From Bellilinea caldifistulae (GTDB lineage Bacteria > Chloroflexota > Anaerolineae > Anaerolineales > Anaerolineaceae), in contig NZ_LGHJ01000014.1 in the NCBI RefSeq assembly GCF_001306055.1, positions 60,001 to 92,000 on the forward strand: DNA of 32,000 bases, in the 5' to 3' direction. A program made the translations under genes and the position numbers. Below, one piece after another: positions 16,872-22,087 of the stretch. Within the stretch, counting starts at the first letter, position 1. Every line of letters begins with the position of its first letter. The notes beneath the pieces are model-generated. The model was not told the DNA's origin and did not search any database. It saw only the letters and a program-made list of their open reading frames with translations.

Positions 16872-17822
16872 TTATGGGGTTGGGGAAGGGGTGGGGGTCA
16901 ATGTTAGGGTGCCGGCGGGGGTTGGGCTGGCGGTCAGTGTGCCGGTGGGGGTCAATTCCAGTGTACCGGCAGGGGTTGGGCTGGCGGTCAGAGCGCCAGT
17001 GGAAGTCATCTGCGGAGTTTCTTCAACCGCCAGGGGCGCAAGTGGTGTTTCTTCCAGCAGGGGTGGCAGCAGAATCAGGTTTTCAGCCGCCTGCAAATCA
17101 CTGGCTGCCATCACTGGCCGGTCGGGCAAGTTGACCAACGCAGAGTCAAGCCTGCCAATCCAGGCAGCCAGTTCTGCTTTTTGCTCCTCGCTGGCCGTTT
17201 GCTGCAATTCAACCAGCAAAAGCCGGGCTGCGCGGATTTCATCACGCGCCAGCCCCAAATTGGCCTGACTGAGGTATACCCGTGCCCGCTGAATCAACAG
17301 GGCGGATTTTAAGACGGTCAGCTGGTATTCCACCTCGTTGAGAAAATCTCCATTTGCAAGGGTCTGTTGATTTTCCTGCGCCAGTTGAAGCGCTTCGGTG
17401 CTGATTTTCCGTACCTCAGCCAGTTTCTTCTCCAGATCGTCCAATCGTTTGAGCTGCAGGGGGTAAGCCTGCTGGGTGGATTGAATCAGTTCAACATCGC
17501 TTTTCAAACCGGCTGATTCATCCTGAAGCAGGATGATCTGGTTACCCATGTCGGTAACCTGCTGCTGGAGTCTCTCCAACCGCTGGCTGAACTGCTCGTT
17601 TTGGCTGGCCTGTTGGGTCTCCAGCAAACTCAGGCGGGCGCTATTCTCCCGTGCCGGCAGGATGGCTTGCTGATAAATCAGGACGAAACCCATGTACAGC
17701 AGCCCGGCCAGGATGACACCTGCCAAAACCACTATGATCAAGCGCAGGACAGCGCGGAAAAACGCCCCTACTGCAATCGAAAATCGCTCACCAGCGGAAA
17801 GCGGGGGTTGTGAGTTACTCAT
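16872..17822 (-). CDS. Bitopic membrane coiled-coil protein with a Thr/Pro-rich repeat tail
   Basis: The start is moved to ATG 17822 (MSNSQPP...), which has AGGAG 6 nt upstream and removes the overlap with the upstream gene. One TM (FFRAVLRLIIVVLAGVILAGLLYMGFVLIY) is followed by a long coiled coil and a C-terminal tail, GALTASPTPAGTLELTPT GTLTASPTPAGTLTLTPT PSPTP. Confidence 0.7.
   Translation of the reverse strand: MSNSQPPLSAGERFSIAVGAFFRAVLRLIIVVLAGVILAGLLYMGFVLIYQQAILPARENSARLSLLETQQASQNEQFSQRLERLQQQVTDMGNQIILLQDESAGLKSDVELIQSTQQAYPLQLKRLDDLEKKLAEVRKISTEALQLAQENQQTLANGDFLNEVEYQLTVLKSALLIQRARVYLSQANLGLARDEIRAARLLLVELQQTASEEQKAELAAWIGRLDSALVNLPDRPVMAASDLQAAENLILLPPLLEETPLAPLAVEETPQMTSTGALTASPTPAGTLELTPTGTLTASPTPAGTLTLTPTPSPTP
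16890..16997 (-). repeat. Two tandem, in-frame 54-bp repeats encoding an 18-aa Thr/Pro-rich unit
   Basis: 16890-16943 and 16944-16997 are near-identical, with a handful of mismatches. They translate to GTLTASPTPAGTLTLTPT and GALTASPTPAGTLELTPT at the C-terminus of the 16872..17822 product. Confidence 0.85.
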
Positions 17823-17835
17823 GGCAATCTCCTGT

Positions 17836-18750
17836 CTAGGGGGTTTCACCCACGCTCAACAAACGGCGTAAGCCGTCCAAAAAGTTTTGAAAAACATTGC
17901 TGCGTTTTTGCAAATCCTCGATCTGGGTTTGGAAAGCGGCGGTTTGTTGCTGCAAGTCAGCCAGTTCACTCTGGGCTGATTTCAATTCATCGCTGAGTGA
18001 CTTTTGGCCTTGCTCCAGCGTGGTCACCCGTCCGCCGAGGGCTTCAATCGTCTGTACCCGGCTGCGTAAATTATCCACATCTCCCTCTAATAAACGGATG
18101 CGGTTATTCAGTGCATCCAGTCTTCCTGAGAGCGCCTGTGCCTCTGCGGCGGGCGCATAGGTGAGGGTTTGATTGATCAGTGCCAGGGTACCCAGGGTGA
18201 AGACCAACGAGAGGATCAGGGTCACGATGGCCACACCGACGGCTGTCCAGAGCAAATCTTCACGTCGTACCCATTTCTCGTCGGTTTTGAGAGGCTGGCC
18301 GACGGGCGGCGGGGTAGAAGCAGTCCGGGATTCAAGCGCCGCAGCCGGTTCAGCAGCAGGCGGGGTGGCCTGTGTGGCTTCTTGTATTTCACCCTCGGCC
18401 TCAGATTGGGCGGGTTCGCTTTCCACTTCGGGCGGTTCTGCTGCAGGGCTTTCCGACAGGGTTGACTCAACCTCCTCTCGCGCCGGAGCGGAAGCCACAG
18501 CCGCCACAGGCTCCGGGAGGGTTGATTCGGGCTCTTCCACTGCGGTGTCGGTAAAATCAATTTTCAGGTAGGGCCGGATCTTTTCCAGCGAAGCTGGCCC
18601 AATTCCGCTCACCCGTGTCAATTCATCCAGCGTGGAAAAGGGTCGGGCCGCCACAATCCGCTCGGCGAGGGCCGGGCCAATCCCCGGTACCGAGGCCAGT
18701 TCTTCCAGTGTGGCACGATTGACCTCAACTGCGCCATTTTGCGTTTCCAT
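17836..18750 (-). CDS. Membrane protein with N-terminal ComEA-type helix-hairpin-helix DNA-binding domain, acidic linker, one TM and C-terminal coiled coil
   Basis: 304 aa with a GGAGGA RBS. Residues ~8-63 (VEVNRATLEELASVPGIGPALAERIVAARPFSTLDELTRVSGIGPASLEKIRPYL) match the ComEA HhH (HHH_3) motif. An acidic Pro/Ala/Glu linker follows. KWVRRED precedes the TM LLWTAVGVAIVTLILSLVFTLGTLALI. A heptad-rich tail ends the protein. Confidence 0.75.
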   Translation of the reverse strand: METQNGAVEVNRATLEELASVPGIGPALAERIVAARPFSTLDELTRVSGIGPASLEKIRPYLKIDFTDTAVEEPESTLPEPVAAVASAPAREEVESTLSESPAAEPPEVESEPAQSEAEGEIQEATQATPPAAEPAAALESRTASTPPPVGQPLKTDEKWVRREDLLWTAVGVAIVTLILSLVFTLGTLALINQTLTYAPAAEAQALSGRLDALNNRIRLLEGDVDNLRSRVQTIEALGGRVTTLEQGQKSLSDELKSAQSELADLQQQTAAFQTQIEDLQKRSNVFQNFLDGLRRLLSVGETP

Positions 18751-18792
18751 ATTTCCTCCTTTTCTTAATAAAGAAAACTTTCAGTCCCGGTA

Positions 18793-19641
18793 TTACTCGC
18801 TTTTGGTTTTACGCGCCGGTAGCGCCGGACGGGCGGGGTAGGGCAAGGGGATGTATTCAACCGAGGGGCGGCGCTGCTGAGTTTGCGGGTACAAATTCAT
18901 CAACTGGTAGATTTCTTCGGGTAGTTCGGTTTTGACATTCAGGCCCAACTGACGGGCTTCGTCCACCGTAATCGGGTAATCGTGCGTCCATTTGCCGGTA
19001 GCCAGTTCTTCGGCCAGAAATTCAGCCTTCTCCGCAGGGTAGTGGGCCGACGCAATTCTGCGAATGGTGGCTTTGACCTGTTCAATGGCTTTTCGGGAGA
19101 TGTCCGCCAGAATCAGGGTTTCATCGTCAATTCGATTACGGTCTTTTTCGGCAACCACTTGCAGAATCGAAGCCGCGGGAAAATTGCCGATTTGCGGGTC
19201 CACCGGGCCGAGCACCGCATTTTCATCCATGAGAATTTCATCGGCAGCCAGCGCAATCATCGTGCCGCCGGACATGGCGTAATGCGGCACCATGACGGTC
19301 ACCTTGCCTTCGTGACGGGCAAGCGCATTGGCAATTTGCTCGGCCGCCAGCACCAGACCGCCGGGGGTATGGAGGATGATGTCAATGGGCAGTTTGGGAT
19401 CGGTCAATTTGATGGCGCGCAAAACCTGTTCCGAGTCCTGAATATCAATATAACGGGCAACCGGGAAACCCAGAAAACTCATACTCTCCTGCCGGTGAAT
19501 GAGGGCGATGACGCGCGAACCGCGTTTGGTTTCGATGGTTCTCATCAAACGCAGCCGGTCTGCTTCGATGATTTTTTGTCGGAACAGCGGCACAAGACTG
19601 GAAATGATAAGAAAGAGCCAGAGAAGATTGAGTAGATCCAT
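18793..19641 (-). CDS. Membrane-anchored SDH-family ClpP-fold serine proteinase
   Basis: 282 aa with a GGAGG RBS. It has an N-terminal TM (LLNLLWLFLIISSLVPLF). The body matches the SDH/ClpP-fold pattern (RVIALIHRQE..., IDIILHTPGGLVLAAEQIANAL, VMVPHYAMSGGTMIALAADEILMDENAVLGPVDPQ). Confidence 0.8.
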   Translation of the reverse strand: MDLLNLLWLFLIISSLVPLFRQKIIEADRLRLMRTIETKRGSRVIALIHRQESMSFLGFPVARYIDIQDSEQVLRAIKLTDPKLPIDIILHTPGGLVLAAEQIANALARHEGKVTVMVPHYAMSGGTMIALAADEILMDENAVLGPVDPQIGNFPAASILQVVAEKDRNRIDDETLILADISRKAIEQVKATIRRIASAHYPAEKAEFLAEELATGKWTHDYPITVDEARQLGLNVKTELPEEIYQLMNLYPQTQQRRPSVEYIPLPYPARPALPARKTKSE

Positions 19642-19674
19642 AAAGCCTCCGTCCAGAATTTCAAAGAGTTGTGG

Positions 19675-20373
19675 TTACCATGGGTAATATTCGTCGCGGT
19701 ACCAGTAGACTCTATTGCGGTTGGAAGCGCTGAAGGGAAAACCCAGCAGCAGCCCAAATAAAAACCCGCCAATGTGAGCCCACCAGGCAATTCCGCCCAT
19801 GCTCATGCCGGCCGGCAGGGCAAGAGAAACCAGACCAGAGAATAACTGGGAAACGAACCAGAATCCGAGGTAGATGACGGCAGGAATGTTGACGAACCAC
19901 GGCAGGAAAAATACCGGTACAAAAGTGATGACCTGAGCGCGCGGGAAGAACAGGAAGTAAGCGCCCAGCACCGCCGCAATTGCCCCGGATGCGCCGATTG
20001 AGGGTATATTCGGTGCGCCCAGCAGCAGCTGCAGCATTCCGGCTGCAACGCCGCCGATGATATAAAACACGAGGAAACGGAACGAACCCATCCGGTCTTC
20101 GACATTGTCCCCGAAAATGAACAAAGTCCACATATTGCTGAGAAAATGCACCCACCCACCATGCAGAAACATGTGAGTGAGGAGCGGATACCACGTCAGG
20201 GGGTTGTCAATTTGAATGCGGGTGCCCAATAAACCGAACGTACGGATGAAACGCTCCAATTGAAAGGGACTCAGATCCAGCTCGATGAAAAAAACAAACG
20301 TGTTTGCCAGAATGATGAGCCAGGTCATGATCGGAAGCGACCTGGAGCGGATGGTGTCTTTGAGTGGAAACAT
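19675..20373 (-). CDS. Rhomboid-family intramembrane serine protease
   Basis: 232 aa with a GGAGGAG RBS. It is polytopic and has rhomboid signatures: HMFLHGGWVHFLSNMWTLFIFG, catalytic GASGAIAAVLGAY and AHIGGFLFGLLLG. Confidence 0.9.
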   Translation of the reverse strand: MFPLKDTIRSRSLPIMTWLIILANTFVFFIELDLSPFQLERFIRTFGLLGTRIQIDNPLTWYPLLTHMFLHGGWVHFLSNMWTLFIFGDNVEDRMGSFRFLVFYIIGGVAAGMLQLLLGAPNIPSIGASGAIAAVLGAYFLFFPRAQVITFVPVFFLPWFVNIPAVIYLGFWFVSQLFSGLVSLALPAGMSMGGIAWWAHIGGFLFGLLLGFPFSASNRNRVYWYRDEYYPW

Positions 20374-20413
20374 ATCTCCTCCGATGTCATCTTTAGTATA
20401 GCCTTATTGGTAA

Positions 20414-20456
20414 AGGATTGCAAACCAGAATTCTCAACCGGGCATGAGGATTGCAA
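20414..20456. promoter_or_regulatory. Direct repeat AGGATTGCAA x2 spaced 33 bp start-to-start (candidate regulator binding sites)
   Basis: Exact 10-mers at 20414-20423 and 20447-20456, in the divergent intergenic region between the rhomboid operon and the 20537 gene. Confidence 0.3.
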
Positions 20457-20500
20457 CAGGTACAGCAGGATCACTTGATCGGACGGCGTAAAAATTTGGC

Positions 20501-20529
20501 TTGTATCCCCTCTCTGCCCGTGATAGACT
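20501..20529 (+). promoter_or_regulatory. Candidate promoter for the 20537 gene, positioned for a leaderless transcript
   Basis: TTGTAT (20501-20506), a 17-nt spacer and TGaTAGACT (extended -10, hexamer at 20524-20529). The ATG at 20537 begins 7 nt after the -10, and there is no Shine-Dalgarno sequence. Confidence 0.45.
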
Positions 20530-20536
20530 TTAAAGT

Positions 20537-22045
20537 ATGAACGGAAAAGTGCTTGTTTTCAGCGTTCATGAACCATTCCGAACCCTGTTGCTGAACAGCT
20601 TGAAGGGCGGCGGTTTCAGCCGGGTGGCTGCCGCCGGCAAAGTTGAGGAAGTCCGTCAGATTCTGCCGGAGGGGGATTTTGAGGCGCTGGTGGTGGACCT
20701 GGATGCCGGTGAGGACATTCAACAGGCCTGGTTGCATCTGGTGCAGGAAGTGCAGCCCTCTCGTTTGATCATCTTCCCGCCGGATAACGACCGGCTTCAT
20801 CCGTTGGTGGGGCTCCTTCGTCCGGCAACTGTGCTGATCAAGCCGTTTTACCTGCCGGATTTGCTTTCTGCTTTACAGGTAAACGAGGGTCATTCCCCGA
20901 CCGTTCGGCCGGCTCCCCCGCTCTCATCACCTGCTACCGAACCGAAAGAGACCCTCGCCAAGTGGTTGAGTGAAGCCCATGCGCTTGGCGCGGTCATTCT
21001 GCGGCGGGGTCAGCCGCCGCTGCTGGTTGGCAACCTTGAAGAGGAAGATTTACGCGAAGCCGGTCTGGTTTTGGGGCGGTTCTGGCAGAGCGAAAGGCGA
21101 ACGGATTTAATTCGCTATTTTCGCCCGCATGTTGCCGATCAAGATGTTTTGCTTTACGCCACCTTGCTTTCGGAAGGCACACCATTGGGGTTGTTGTTCG
21201 AGGCGCATACTTCCCTGCGGGAAGCGCGCCGTGTAAGTCAGTGGTTTGCCAGCCGTTGGAATGACCGGCTGCTCGCCGAACCCGTCAACGACCTGCCAGG
21301 AACCGCAGAATTGGTTTCTCCGTTCACAGTTGAAGAGGAGAATTCTCAGTCAGCAGAACAATCATTCTTATCGGAGGAAGATGGGAATCTCGCAGAATTT
21401 GATCAGATTCGATTGGAGGATCTACTTGGCAGTGTTCCCTCGCCTGACCCGGTAAGGTACGAAAAGTCCTCTGACTGGCAGCCTGAAAGTGACTTCCTGC
21501 CCGGAAGTGACGTTATGGCACCTGTGAGAGAACCTGTTCAGCCCTCAAATCCCCAACCCGATCCAACGCTACCACCATTTGCTGAAAGCCCGGCCGCACT
21601 GGAAGAAACTCGCCCAAGCCGGAAAACCACGTTACCTCCAAGGGGGGACTTGCTGAATCACGAAGCGCGCCAAACTTACACCTGTGTTTTGCTGCCTCGT
21701 TCCCCTGAGGTAACTTTAGAAGGGGAAATCGGGGAGGAACTGCGCCGTTGGCTGCCGGATTTTTGTGCTACACTGGGGTACACACTGGAATCGCTGATCG
21801 TCGAGACGGCTTATCTACTGTGGACGGTCAACCTGCCCCCGGCAGTATCACCCGGACATGTGGTGCGGATTGTACGGGATCAAAGTTCCAGCCATCTTGC
21901 CGGGTGTATCCCCGAACTGGCGGGTAAGGGAAATTTCTGGGCTTCAGCCCACCTGATCCTGCGCAGCCGGCATGCACCGGAAGCCTCATTGATCGAGGAC
22001 TTTATCAGCCGTACCCGCCGCCGGCAGGGATTTCTTTCCTCATAA
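20537..22045 (+). CDS. Multidomain protein: pseudo-receiver (REC-like), Roadblock/LC7-like region, acidic/Pro-rich linker and a degenerate IS200/IS605-type Y1 transposase fold
   Basis: 502 aa.
- Residues ~4-115 are CheY-like (LVVDLD, VLIKPFYLPDLLSAL), but the N-terminal acidic pair is replaced (VFSVHEP).
- Residues ~140-240 resemble Roadblock/LC7 (ALGAVILRRGQPPLLVG ... VLLYATLLSEGTPLGLLFEA); this is weaker.
- Residues ~380-497 align along their length with IS200 TnpA (YxxV..P, LPPxxS, SS, FW). HUH is replaced by YLL, and the catalytic Tyr by Phe (IEDFISRT). Confidence 0.7.
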   Translation: MNGKVLVFSVHEPFRTLLLNSLKGGGFSRVAAAGKVEEVRQILPEGDFEALVVDLDAGEDIQQAWLHLVQEVQPSRLIIFPPDNDRLHPLVGLLRPATVLIKPFYLPDLLSALQVNEGHSPTVRPAPPLSSPATEPKETLAKWLSEAHALGAVILRRGQPPLLVGNLEEEDLREAGLVLGRFWQSERRTDLIRYFRPHVADQDVLLYATLLSEGTPLGLLFEAHTSLREARRVSQWFASRWNDRLLAEPVNDLPGTAELVSPFTVEEENSQSAEQSFLSEEDGNLAEFDQIRLEDLLGSVPSPDPVRYEKSSDWQPESDFLPGSDVMAPVREPVQPSNPQPDPTLPPFAESPAALEETRPSRKTTLPPRGDLLNHEARQTYTCVLLPRSPEVTLEGEIGEELRRWLPDFCATLGYTLESLIVETAYLLWTVNLPPAVSPGHVVRIVRDQSSSHLAGCIPELAGKGNFWASAHLILRSRHAPEASLIEDFISRTRRRQGFLSS

Positions 22046-22087
22046 AGGAAAGCGTTTGAGTGCAAATCATTTTTCAGGTGAGAATCA

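Noticed and set aside
16890-16997. CRISPR-like or non-coding tandem repeat
   Set aside because: There are only two units, directly adjacent with no spacers. They are in frame within a coding region and translate to an 18-aa Thr/Pro unit.
17836-18750. Competence locus (comEA) call
   Set aside because: The HhH domain is N-terminal and predicted cytoplasmic rather than C-terminal and extracellular. No comEC, comF or pilin genes are nearby. The similarity is limited to the HhH module.
21674-22027. IS200/IS605 insertion sequence (mobile element) call for the transposase-like segment
   Set aside because: The HUH motif and the catalytic Tyr are both substituted. The domain is fused in frame to 380 upstream residues. 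No tnpB and no subterminal hairpin ends are visible on either side. I treat it as a domesticated domain, not a mobile element.
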